From assembly GCA_045606205.1 (NCBI GenBank), contig JAZURL010000046.1, forward strand, positions 13,555 through 77,554: DNA of 64,000 nucleotides. The letters run 5' to 3'. Source of the DNA: Faecousia sp. (GTDB taxonomy: Bacteria; Bacillota; Clostridia; Oscillospirales; Oscillospiraceae). The notes under the pieces were generated by a model. The model was not told where the DNA came from and did no database searches. It saw only the letters and a list, made by a program, of their open reading frames with translations. The translations under genes were made by a program, and so were the position numbers. Positions within the stretch are counted from its first letter, which is position 1. Every line of letters begins with the position of its first letter. Shown here one piece after another: positions 8,330 to 16,753 of this stretch.

Positions 8330-9857
8330 CGAAAATCAGCTGATTTACGAGGCTGCTAGAGCCCTTCGTATCTCTGCTTCAAAGATACGTGGCCTTTCTC
8401 TGGTGCGTCGTTCCATCGATGCCCGGAAAAAGCCGGATGTGCGCATCATCTACACGGTAGATGTGGCGGTGGAAGGCAGTGAAAATAAGATACTCCGAGC
8501 AAGCGGCTGTAAAAAAGCGGCGATCGCTCCGGTTTCTTTCTACAAGCCGCCAAAGGCTGTATATGAGTGTGCACAGCGCCCGGTAATCGTGGGTTTTGGC
8601 CCGGCGGGTATGTTTGCCGGATTGATTTTGGCGATGGCTGGCTTGAAGCCCATCATTTTGGAGCGGGGCGAGGATGCTCAGACCCGGCATGAAAAGGTAC
8701 GGAGCTTTTTTGAGACAGGACAGCTGGACGAAAACAGCAATGTGCAGTTCGGCGAGGGCGGCGCAGGCACGTTTTCCGATGGAAAGCTGAATACCGGTGT
8801 GAATAATCCACGCATTGGCTGGATCTTGGAGCAGTTTGTAAAAGCCGGTGCCCGGGAAGATATCCTCTATGATGCCAAGCCTCATGTTGGCACGGATGTT
8901 CTTCTGACAGTAGTTCAGAATTTACGTAAGCGAATCATTTCCCTCGGGGGTGAAGTGCGCTTTCAAACACAGGTTATTGGAATTTTGTCAGAAAACGGTG
9001 CAATTACTGGATTAACGACTAACAAAGGGGATATTGCCTGCAATCAAGTGATTCTTGCCATTGGTCACAGCGCCCGGGATACCTTCCGCATGCTCCATGA
9101 ACTGGGCATTCCCATGGAAGCAAAGCCATTTGCTATGGGTGTGCGCATTGAGCAGCTTCAGTCTGTGATCGATAAGGCACAGTATGGGCGGGATGATCTT
9201 CCGCTGCCGCCCGCGGATTATAAGCTGGTGCGGCATTTGGAAAATGAAACGGTGTATACGTTCTGTATGTGCCCTGGTGGACATGTGGTTGCCGCTACCT
9301 CTGAGCAGGGCAAGATTGTGACCAACGGCATGAGCAATGCAGATCGTGATGGTGTCAATGCCAACGCAGCGCTCCTTGTCAGTCTGAATCCGGCAGATTT
9401 CCCCTACGAGGGCGTACTGGGCGGTATGCTGTGGCAGGAAGAGCTGGAAAAGAAGGCGTATGAGCACACCGGTTGCTATAAAGCTCCTGCCCAGACTGTG
9501 GGAGATTTCCTTGCAGGCAAGGCAAGCACCGGTGCGATGGGGGTTGAACCCAGCTACAAACCCGGTGTGGTATGGACGGACTTGCATAAGGTCCTTCCTG
9601 CAAAAATAACAAATGCGTTGAAAGAGGCATTGCCTCAAATGGAACAGAATCTCAAGGGCTTTGCTGCCGCTGAAGCGGTGCTGACTGCACCGGAAACCCG
9701 GAGCTCGTCGCCGGTTCGAATCCTGCGTGGAGAGGATCATCAATCCAATCTTAAAGGCCTTTTTCCGGCCGGAGAGGGCGCAGGCTATGCCGGCGGCATC
9801 ATGTCTGCGGCTATTGATGGCATTATGGCTGCAGAGGCATTGTTGGAGAGGTTATAA
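8289..9857 (+). CDS. FAD-dependent oxidoreductase (COG2509-type)
   Basis: GFGPAG, FGEGGAGTFSDGKL, FCMCPGG, GEGAGYAGGIMSAA; ATG at 8289 after GGAGG. Confidence 0.88.
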   Translation: MIRIREISLPPEHDENQLIYEAARALRISASKIRGLSLVRRSIDARKKPDVRIIYTVDVAVEGSENKILRASGCKKAAIAPVSFYKPPKAVYECAQRPVIVGFGPAGMFAGLILAMAGLKPIILERGEDAQTRHEKVRSFFETGQLDENSNVQFGEGGAGTFSDGKLNTGVNNPRIGWILEQFVKAGAREDILYDAKPHVGTDVLLTVVQNLRKRIISLGGEVRFQTQVIGILSENGAITGLTTNKGDIACNQVILAIGHSARDTFRMLHELGIPMEAKPFAMGVRIEQLQSVIDKAQYGRDDLPLPPADYKLVRHLENETVYTFCMCPGGHVVAATSEQGKIVTNGMSNADRDGVNANAALLVSLNPADFPYEGVLGGMLWQEELEKKAYEHTGCYKAPAQTVGDFLAGKASTGAMGVEPSYKPGVVWTDLHKVLPAKITNALKEALPQMEQNLKGFAAAEAVLTAPETRSSSPVRILRGEDHQSNLKGLFPAGEGAGYAGGIMSAAIDGIMAAEALLERL

Positions 9858-9860
9858 TTG

Positions 9861-9889
9861 AAAATGACCGGGTTAACCCGGTCATTTTT
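9861..9889. terminator. Bidirectional intrinsic terminator
   Basis: aaaatgaccgggtt/aacccggtcattttt palindrome between convergent genes. Confidence 0.75.
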
Positions 9890-9893
9890 GCAT

Positions 9894-10154
9894 CTATACA
9901 AGCGTATATACAGCCACTAGGATTTGCACCGATAAAATTATCGGCACACCAATGGTAAATTTCAAATGCTTCGTCTTATGTCGGAATACCTGCATTCCAA
10001 GAAGGACGCCCAAACTGCCGCCAAGCGCGGCAATCGTCATTAGTGTTCGTTCGGGTATCCGCCAAAGATTCTTTTGTGCCTTTCTCTTATCAATCAGCAT
10101 AAATAGAAATCCTGCTGCATTGATTATAACGAGATAAGCAAGAAGATACTTCAT
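9894..10154 (-). CDS. DUF1294 (YsdA-like) membrane protein
   Basis: DKRKA...WRIPERTL...GGSLG...FRHKTKHLKF signature. Confidence 0.9.
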   Translation of the reverse strand: MKYLLAYLVIINAAGFLFMLIDKRKAQKNLWRIPERTLMTIAALGGSLGVLLGMQVFRHKTKHLKFTIGVPIILSVQILVAVYTLV

Positions 10155-10181
10155 AAATAGATCCTTTCGGGAGGTAGTTTG

Positions 10182-10673
10182 ATGAAAAAATTATTGGTGA
10201 TTCTGATTGTAATGCTGTTGCTCACCGGTTGTGCGACGCAAACCTTTGAAACAGTAGATGATCTGAACGATGTACAGGCTATCGCAACACCCGCAACGCT
10301 TCTGCTGGATTTGCCGGAGGAAGCGGCGGCACCGGCTATGCAGGGTGCTTCGGGCACGCTCTATTTCTGCGGAGATTATGACATCATGGTGGAGGTCATG
10401 CCCTCCGGGAATCTCAGTAACACCCTGCAGACCCTCACAGGCTTCGAAGGCAATGAGCTGGATCTGATGCAAACGGTTCGCTGTGGTGTGGATTGCTATG
10501 AGGGCGTTTGGTCTGCGGCGGGAGAGGCCGGTGACCATGTAGGAAGAGTGTTGGTACTTGATGATGGAAGCTTCCATTACTGTGTTAGCATCATGTCCAT
10601 GGCGGAGGATGCAGGACACTGCACAGAGCAATGGAATGAAATACTGGAATCCGTTGCGTTGGCGGAAAGCTAA
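10182..10673 (+). CDS. Putative lipoprotein, possibly PsbP/Mog1-like fold
   Basis: Signal peptide with LTGC lipobox; GGAGG RBS; fold guess from the C-terminal pattern only. Confidence 0.7.
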   Translation: MKKLLVILIVMLLLTGCATQTFETVDDLNDVQAIATPATLLLDLPEEAAAPAMQGASGTLYFCGDYDIMVEVMPSGNLSNTLQTLTGFEGNELDLMQTVRCGVDCYEGVWSAAGEAGDHVGRVLVLDDGSFHYCVSIMSMAEDAGHCTEQWNEILESVALAES

Positions 10674-10679
10674 TAACCG

Positions 10680-10709
10680 CTCCCACGAGCTTTCGTGGGA
10701 GTTTTCTTT
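10680..10709 (+). terminator. Intrinsic terminator
   Basis: ctcccacgag-ct-ttcgtgggag followed by ttttcttt. Confidence 0.65.
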
Positions 10710-10795
10710 ATCATAACACATCCGAAGCAGAAATCAAACGGGAATTGCATTTTTGCCGAAATTGTGGTATCCTATCGGCAAAGGAGTGGATCTCG

Positions 10796-11623
10796 ATGAG
10801 ATACATCGGCTGTCACCTATCTGCATCGGACGGAAATCTTGCAATGGTGCGCACTGCTCAAAGCATTGGTGCGAATACTTTTGCGTTTTATACCCGCAAT
10901 CCCCGGGGCTCAAAGGCAAAAGCGGAAGATTCCGCCGACTGCATCGCGGCGGTGGAGGAGCTGAGGAATTTGGGCTTTGGAAAGCTAGTCGCCCATGGAG
11001 CATATACCATGAATCTCTGCACTGCTGATCCGGATGCAAGGGAATTTGCTGCAAGTATATTATGTGACGACCTGCGGCGCATGGCCTCTCTTCCCGGAAA
11101 CTACTACAATTTTCATCCCGGTTCTCATGTGGGACAGGGCACGCAGACAGGTATTTCTCAGATCGTCGATGCCTTGAAGAAGGCACTTGCGCCAGGCTAT
11201 CCCGTTACGGTACTGCTGGAGACCATGGCCGGAAAGGGCAGTGAAATCGGCGGTAGATTTGAAGAACTGAAGGCCATTATCGATGGTGTAGGCAGTGCGC
11301 AGGTTGGCGTCTGTCTGGATACCTGCCATGTGTGGGATGGTGGCTACGACATTGTCTGCAATTTGGACGGCGTTTTACAGGAATTTGATCGGGCGGTGGG
11401 TCTTAACAGACTTTTTGCATTGCATCTAAACGATTCCAAGAATGCTATGAACAGTCACAAGGACAGGCACGAATGTATTGGTGAAGGAAATCTTGGCTTA
11501 CAGACATTCAAAAATATTATCAACCATCCAGTATTGGGGAGGCTTCCTATGATTCTGGAGACCCCCAATGAGCTTCCCGGGTACAGTCGGGAAATTGCGC
11601 TTTTGCGTAGCATGGAAAAATAG
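10796..11623 (+). CDS. nfo: Endonuclease IV (AP endonuclease)
   Basis: IGCHLS, NFHPGSH, LLETMAGKGSE, CLDTCH, HLNDSK, DRH, ILETP zinc ligands. Confidence 0.95.
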   Translation: MRYIGCHLSASDGNLAMVRTAQSIGANTFAFYTRNPRGSKAKAEDSADCIAAVEELRNLGFGKLVAHGAYTMNLCTADPDAREFAASILCDDLRRMASLPGNYYNFHPGSHVGQGTQTGISQIVDALKKALAPGYPVTVLLETMAGKGSEIGGRFEELKAIIDGVGSAQVGVCLDTCHVWDGGYDIVCNLDGVLQEFDRAVGLNRLFALHLNDSKNAMNSHKDRHECIGEGNLGLQTFKNIINHPVLGRLPMILETPNELPGYSREIALLRSMEK

Positions 11624-11634
11624 AGACAAAGGAG

Positions 11635-13362
11635 GTGGCGCAAATGGATTGGCTTGCATTTTTTTATCAGGCAGATGAGACCTATGTTCAGGTATTTCAG
11701 GCCATTTTGCGCTATCTTGCTCCGGTGTTGACAGCACTTTTGCTGCTGCGTTGCATCAAACCTCTTTTGACCTTCCGACGTGAACCGGAGATTTGGGCGT
11801 GGCTTTGCCTGGAGGATGGACGGAAGCTACCCATTACCCACTGGGAAAACGTCATTGGCCGCCACAGGCGCTGTGACGTGGTGGTGGATGTGCCTACGAT
11901 CTCCAAAAGCCATGCGGTCTTGACCCGCTACGATGATGGCAGCTGGACCATTGCGGATACAGGATCCAAAAACGGTTTGATGGTCAACGGCAGACGCATA
12001 GACATCAAGCCCATCGATGAAACAGATGTGATCACCATTGGTGGCGTGAATATGAAGATACTGCCAATGAACAAGCGGCAGGAAGGCCGGCTCGCCCAAT
12101 TGCGTACCCAAGCGGCGACACCCATTGACAGCCTTGCTAATTTACTGCTCCTGTCACTGCTGCAAGCTCTTTGTTGCATCAGCTACCTGATGCAATGCGG
12201 TGGTGAGAATGCCGGACAGATCGTCACCGGTTTTTCCGGGATACTCATTGCACAGTGGCTTCTTCTAATCTTCTATCTGTGCATCAAAAAACCTTCATTC
12301 GAGGTGGAAACACTTGCTTTTTTGATGTGTACTGTGGGCATGGCTGCCATCGCAGCTGTAAAGCCCGCAGAAATGTCCAAGCAGTTGATCGCAATGATTT
12401 TGGGGCTGATCCTGTTTTTGTCCATGGGCTGGGCACTTCGGGATCTGGAACGGGCTAAGAAGATGCGTTATATTGCAGGTGCTGTCGGCGTTGGACTTTT
12501 GCTGATCACATTAGTGTTCGGTAAATCCTATCATGGCGCGAAAAACTGGCTGTTAATCGGCGGAATGTCCATTCAGCCCTCTGAATTGAGCAAGGTATGT
12601 TTTGTGTTTATGGGCGCATCTACAATGGATCGCATTCTGAACAAGAGAAATTTGATCCTGTTCATCGGTTATACCATCGCCGTTTGTCTGTGTCTTGCAG
12701 TGATGAACGATTTCGGCACAGCGTTGATTTTCTTCGTGGCTTTTCTTTTGATTGCATATCTGCGCTCCGGCAGTATCGGTACTGTGGCTCTGGCCTGTAC
12801 ATCTGTGGGCTTCGCCGGTGTGCTGGTACTAAAGATTGCGCCCCATGCCCTGCGTCGGTTTGCCAGCTGGCGGCATATTTGGGAGGATCCCTTCGGTGCA
12901 GGCCATCAGCAGACAAGGTCTTTAATGTGTCTTGCTTCCGGCGGTCTGTTGGGACTTGGTGCAGGAAATGGCATGATGGGCCGGATTTTTGCGGCAGATT
13001 CCGATGTGGTTTTTGCGACCATTTCGGAAGAGTGGGGTATTTTGATCGCTGTAATGATGGTAGTTTGTGTTATTGCACTGGGTTTGTTTTCCCTGCGTAT
13101 GGCAGGCATTGGCCGCAGCAGCTTTTATACCATCGGTTCTTGCACAGCTGCGGGAATTCTGTTGGTGCAGACCATCTTCAATGTTTTAGGAACTGTGGAT
13201 GTTCTCCCACTGACCGGTGTGACGTTCCCGTTTGTATCCAACGGCGGCTCCAGCATGATTGGGGCATGGGGTCTGCTGGCGTTTATTAAGGCAGCAGATA
13301 CACGGCAAAATGCCAGTTTTGCCGTACGACAGGTACAGGAAGCAGGTGACTTGGATGAATAG
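11635..13362 (+). CDS. FHA domain-FtsW/RodA/SpoVE (SEDS) fusion protein
   Basis: N-terminal TM, FHA (IGR..SKSHA..SKNG..VNG), then SEDS (GAKNW..IQPSELSK, NDFGTA, DSD..ISEEWG, LPLTGVTFPFVSNGGSS). Confidence 0.88.
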   Translation: MAQMDWLAFFYQADETYVQVFQAILRYLAPVLTALLLLRCIKPLLTFRREPEIWAWLCLEDGRKLPITHWENVIGRHRRCDVVVDVPTISKSHAVLTRYDDGSWTIADTGSKNGLMVNGRRIDIKPIDETDVITIGGVNMKILPMNKRQEGRLAQLRTQAATPIDSLANLLLLSLLQALCCISYLMQCGGENAGQIVTGFSGILIAQWLLLIFYLCIKKPSFEVETLAFLMCTVGMAAIAAVKPAEMSKQLIAMILGLILFLSMGWALRDLERAKKMRYIAGAVGVGLLLITLVFGKSYHGAKNWLLIGGMSIQPSELSKVCFVFMGASTMDRILNKRNLILFIGYTIAVCLCLAVMNDFGTALIFFVAFLLIAYLRSGSIGTVALACTSVGFAGVLVLKIAPHALRRFASWRHIWEDPFGAGHQQTRSLMCLASGGLLGLGAGNGMMGRIFAADSDVVFATISEEWGILIAVMMVVCVIALGLFSLRMAGIGRSSFYTIGSCTAAGILLVQTIFNVLGTVDVLPLTGVTFPFVSNGGSSMIGAWGLLAFIKAADTRQNASFAVRQVQEAGDLDE

Positions 13363-14719
13363 AGTGATGTCACGGGCAAGAGTGCTCATAGTTTTGGTGC
13401 TTATTTTGTCCCTCGGTGTTACCTTTTTCCTTGGTGAGTACCTGTTGAATTCCGACAAGTGGGTACACTCAGCAGGCTCGCCTCACATTTATAATGCAGA
13501 AAACATCGGCTGCGGTCAGATCGCAGACCGGGACGGGAATCTTCTTTTGGATCTTACCGGCTTGCGAACCTATGCAAATGTACCGGCACTTCGCATGTCC
13601 ACACTCCACTGGGTGGGTGACCGGCAGGGTAACATAAGCGCGCCCGCACTGTCGCATTATGCCAAGGAAATTGCTGGCTTTGATCCTTTCAGCGGTCTTT
13701 ATGCCTATGGCGGTGTGGGCGGACAGGTGCAGCTGACCCTTTCTGCAAAATTGCAGATGGTAGCACTTGAGGCAATGGGCGATTATAAAGGTACACTGGC
13801 GATTATGAATTATAAGACCGGGGAGCTTCTGTGCGCAGTTACCACACCCACCTATGACCCGGATGATGTGCCGGATATTTCCGGAGACGCCACTGGTGCT
13901 TATAAGGGTGTGTATCTGAACCGCCTTACTCAATCTACCTACACGCCCGGATCAATCTTCAAGATTGTTACGATGATCGCCGCTTTGGAGTGTATTGAGG
14001 ACATCGAAAGCCAGGTGTTTACCTGCACTGGCGAACTGGAATATGGTGTCGACAAAGTAACCTGCGAAAGGGTGCATGGAACGCAGGATATCCGGGAAGC
14101 GTTTAAGAATTCTTGCAACTGCGCATTTGCTAAGGTTTCGGAACAGATCGGCGGTAACCGTTTGGAACGGTATGCCAAGCAGTTGGGTATCCTGGACGCA
14201 CTGGAATTTGATGGGATCAAAACAGCTGTTGGCAATATCGATTCGGCGGGGCAGGCGGATGTTTTGGTCGCGTGGAGCGCCATCGGCCAGCATAAGGATC
14301 TTGTAAATCCCGCAAGCTTTTTAAGCTTGGTAGGTGCGCTCGCCAATGGTGGTGTTGGACAGAAGATGTACCTCGTGGACAACATCAAGACCGGCTTGAC
14401 AAACACCTACGAGGTCAAACCCTCTTCCACTGAGCGCCTCATGTCTACCCAGACTGCTCAGACTTTGCGGGAACTGATGCGTAATAACGTGGAGAACTAC
14501 TATGGCGATGAAAACTTCGCCGGCTTTACGGTCTGCGCAAAGTCCGGTACGGCAGAGGTAGGCGGCAATCAAAAGCCCAACGCCATGTTTACAGGCTTCC
14601 TGACTGATGAAGAATATCCGCTTGCTTTCATTGTCACCATTGAAAACGGCGGCTATGGCCGTCTGACCTGTGCACCGGTACTGGAAAAAGTGCTCATGGC
14701 CTGCCGGGATGCTCTGTAA
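13355..14719 (+). CDS. Class B penicillin-binding protein (PbpA-like transpeptidase)
   Basis: N-terminal TM; SxxK (SIFK), SxN (SCN), KSG motifs; overlaps the end of the SEDS gene. Confidence 0.9.
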   Translation: MNRVMSRARVLIVLVLILSLGVTFFLGEYLLNSDKWVHSAGSPHIYNAENIGCGQIADRDGNLLLDLTGLRTYANVPALRMSTLHWVGDRQGNISAPALSHYAKEIAGFDPFSGLYAYGGVGGQVQLTLSAKLQMVALEAMGDYKGTLAIMNYKTGELLCAVTTPTYDPDDVPDISGDATGAYKGVYLNRLTQSTYTPGSIFKIVTMIAALECIEDIESQVFTCTGELEYGVDKVTCERVHGTQDIREAFKNSCNCAFAKVSEQIGGNRLERYAKQLGILDALEFDGIKTAVGNIDSAGQADVLVAWSAIGQHKDLVNPASFLSLVGALANGGVGQKMYLVDNIKTGLTNTYEVKPSSTERLMSTQTAQTLRELMRNNVENYYGDENFAGFTVCAKSGTAEVGGNQKPNAMFTGFLTDEEYPLAFIVTIENGGYGRLTCAPVLEKVLMACRDAL

Positions 14720-14726
14720 GTTTTAG

Positions 14727-14754
14727 GAATATTCATACACCTCCTGCATAGTTT
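14727..14754 (+). promoter_or_regulatory. Putative SigE promoter of the small Cys-rich ORF
   Basis: GAATA-N15-CATAGTTT. Confidence 0.45.
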
Positions 14755-14773
14755 TGTGCAGGGGGTGTTTTGC

Positions 14774-14923
14774 ATGTGTCGAAAAAACCAACTGTGTGGC
14801 TGTGCGCTGATGGCTTTTGGATTTGGGTTGCTGATTGGTTGCTGTTTGGAATCCACATTCTTTTGTTGGTGCGTCGGCGTAGGCATTATGGGGCTGGGAT
14901 TTTGGTGCAATGGTAAAAAATAA
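14774..14923 (+). CDS. 49-aa Cys/Gly-rich two-TM small protein MCRKNQLCGCALMAFGFGLLIGCCLESTFFCWCVGVGIMGLGFWCNGKK (not in ORF track)
   Basis: AGGGGGTG RBS, SigE-like promoter, fills the gap before sipL. Confidence 0.65.
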   Translation: MCRKNQLCGCALMAFGFGLLIGCCLESTFFCWCVGVGIMGLGFWCNGKK

Positions 14924-14925
14924 TT

Positions 14926-14954
14926 GTCATAAACTTGTCCCCGGCGCATATAGT
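14926..14954 (+). promoter_or_regulatory. SigE promoter of sipL
   Basis: GTCATA-aacttgtccccggcg-CATATAGT, close to the SigE consensus. Confidence 0.7.
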
Positions 14955-14983
14955 TTGGTAGGAATGTGGGAGGAGTGAACTGC

Positions 14984-16483
14984 ATGGAAGTCAAATTTAT
15001 CAAAAAACCGCTGAAATGTCTGCGTCCGTTTTTCAGCCAGATACATTCGCAGGAGCAGACCCAGGAGATACGCCTGCCGGATGCCTACCCGGATATTGGA
15101 AAGATCCTCGGCTGTTGGGGACAGGTGTTAATCCGTGGAAAGGAATGGCGCAGTACATCTATGGGAGCAAATGGCGGTGTCATGGCCTGGGTGATGTATG
15201 CACCCGAGGATGGTACCCAGCCGCGTGTAGTGGATGTGTGGATCCCTATCCAGTGCCGTTGGGATTTTCCCGAGAATGCTGACGATGGCATCATGACCCT
15301 GCGCCCGGTGCTGACCAATTTGGATGCCCGGGGGATTTCGGCGCGGAAGATTATGCTTCGCGCCTGCGTGGATGCATTTGCTCAGGCTATGAAAAAGGAG
15401 ATAATGGAAGTAGCTGAACCGTTGCAAGCGTCAGAAGATATTCAACTTTTGAGCCGAAGCTATCCTATGGAACTGCCGGTAGAGGCAGGAGAAAAGCAGG
15501 TACAGCTGGAGGAAGCATTTTCACTTCCCGCTAATTTGCTCCCGATCCATAAAATCATCCATTACAATATGTCACCGACGATTATTGAACAAAAGGTTTT
15601 GGGCAACCGTTTGGTCTTCCGGGGTCAAAACCGCGTGGACATGATGTATATGACAGAGGAAGGTTCTGCTAATCACTGGGAAGCAGAAGTGCCATTCTCG
15701 CAATATACGGAGCTGAATCATGACTATAGTCCAAATGCCACCGCATGGGTGCTGCCGATCCTGACAGCAATGGAAATGGATTTGGGAGAGGATAAGCAGG
15801 TGAATATCCGCGCCGGAATCGCTGCGCAATACACAATTTTTGACAGAAGCGTGGTTGATGTGGTGGAGGATGCCTTCAGTCCAACGCGGGATGTGATGAC
15901 AAAGACGGAAGAAATGCAGTTTCCGATCCTGCTGGACAGCACGGGTATGGATATGCAGGCAGAAAGCTCGTTCAATGGGGATGTAGAGCGAATTCTTTGG
16001 GCCTCGCCTTATGGTGAATATCCTACCCTTTCTTTGGGCGACGAAGGAATGCAGATCCATATGGATGGTCAGTTCCAAGCCCTGTATCAGAACGCAGAGG
16101 GTCAGATGGCAGGGGATACAGTGCGTTATAACAGTTCAGTTCCCTTTTCTTCTGCAATGGAGAATCAAACACATTTGTGGATGGGAAGTCCTATGCAGCC
16201 GGAAATCTTGCCAAATGGCGACGGATTTTCTGTACGGTGTTCGTACCCAGTGACCGTTCAGGTTTATTCCGGGCAGACCATTCCAATGGTGACAGAACTG
16301 GAGGTCGGAGAAGTACGAGAATCGGATCCGAACCGACCGTCCATGATTTTGCGAAGGGCAGATGATGAGGGCCTGTGGGCGCTTGCAAAAGGCTATGGCT
16401 CGACTGTCGCTGCCATTCAGGAAGCCAATCAGCTTACCGGCGAACCGGATGTCGGACAAATGCTTTTGATCCCGATCTGCTAG
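14984..16483 (+). CDS. sipL: Spore coat morphogenetic protein SipL-like (DUF3794/SPOCS domains + LysM)
   Basis: LPDAYPDIGKIL SPOCS-type start; C-terminal LysM LWALAKGYGSTVAAIQEANQL...GQMLLIP; SigE promoter. Confidence 0.75.
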   Translation: MEVKFIKKPLKCLRPFFSQIHSQEQTQEIRLPDAYPDIGKILGCWGQVLIRGKEWRSTSMGANGGVMAWVMYAPEDGTQPRVVDVWIPIQCRWDFPENADDGIMTLRPVLTNLDARGISARKIMLRACVDAFAQAMKKEIMEVAEPLQASEDIQLLSRSYPMELPVEAGEKQVQLEEAFSLPANLLPIHKIIHYNMSPTIIEQKVLGNRLVFRGQNRVDMMYMTEEGSANHWEAEVPFSQYTELNHDYSPNATAWVLPILTAMEMDLGEDKQVNIRAGIAAQYTIFDRSVVDVVEDAFSPTRDVMTKTEEMQFPILLDSTGMDMQAESSFNGDVERILWASPYGEYPTLSLGDEGMQIHMDGQFQALYQNAEGQMAGDTVRYNSSVPFSSAMENQTHLWMGSPMQPEILPNGDGFSVRCSYPVTVQVYSGQTIPMVTELEVGEVRESDPNRPSMILRRADDEGLWALAKGYGSTVAAIQEANQLTGEPDVGQMLLIPIC

Positions 16484-16486
16484 CAT

Positions 16487-16560
16487 AAAAGCCGCCGCTG
16501 CGTGGGAGATACGCAGCGGCGGCTGGCAAGCGCGTCGCACTTGGGGAAAATGCTCGCCTG
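16487..16560 (-). ncRNA. Candidate small RNA with C-rich loop and intrinsic terminator
   Basis: Minus-strand TATGAT -10 at 16566-16571; GGCGAGC/GCUUGCC stem enclosing UUUUCCCC; 14-bp terminator hairpin with U-tail on the minus strand only. Confidence 0.35.
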
Positions 16561-16628
16561 TTGCCATCATACGCCATTGGCAATGGAAAAAGCCATCGAT
16601 ATTTGTCGAATGAAAAAGGTTTTTTGCT

Positions 16629-16666
16629 AAACGACGGCACTTCGCAGGAGGTGTCGTTTTTATTTG
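16629..16666 (+). terminator. Intrinsic terminator (probably for sipL)
   Basis: gacggcacttc-gcag-gaggtgtcgtt followed by tttattt. Confidence 0.6.
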
Positions 16667-16753
16667 TTGCCGGGTGTAGATTTTTGAAGATCATTGTGGT
16701 ATAATTATCCTGTTAGAAAAATAGTCCCATTGGGACAGTTACAGGAAGTGTTA

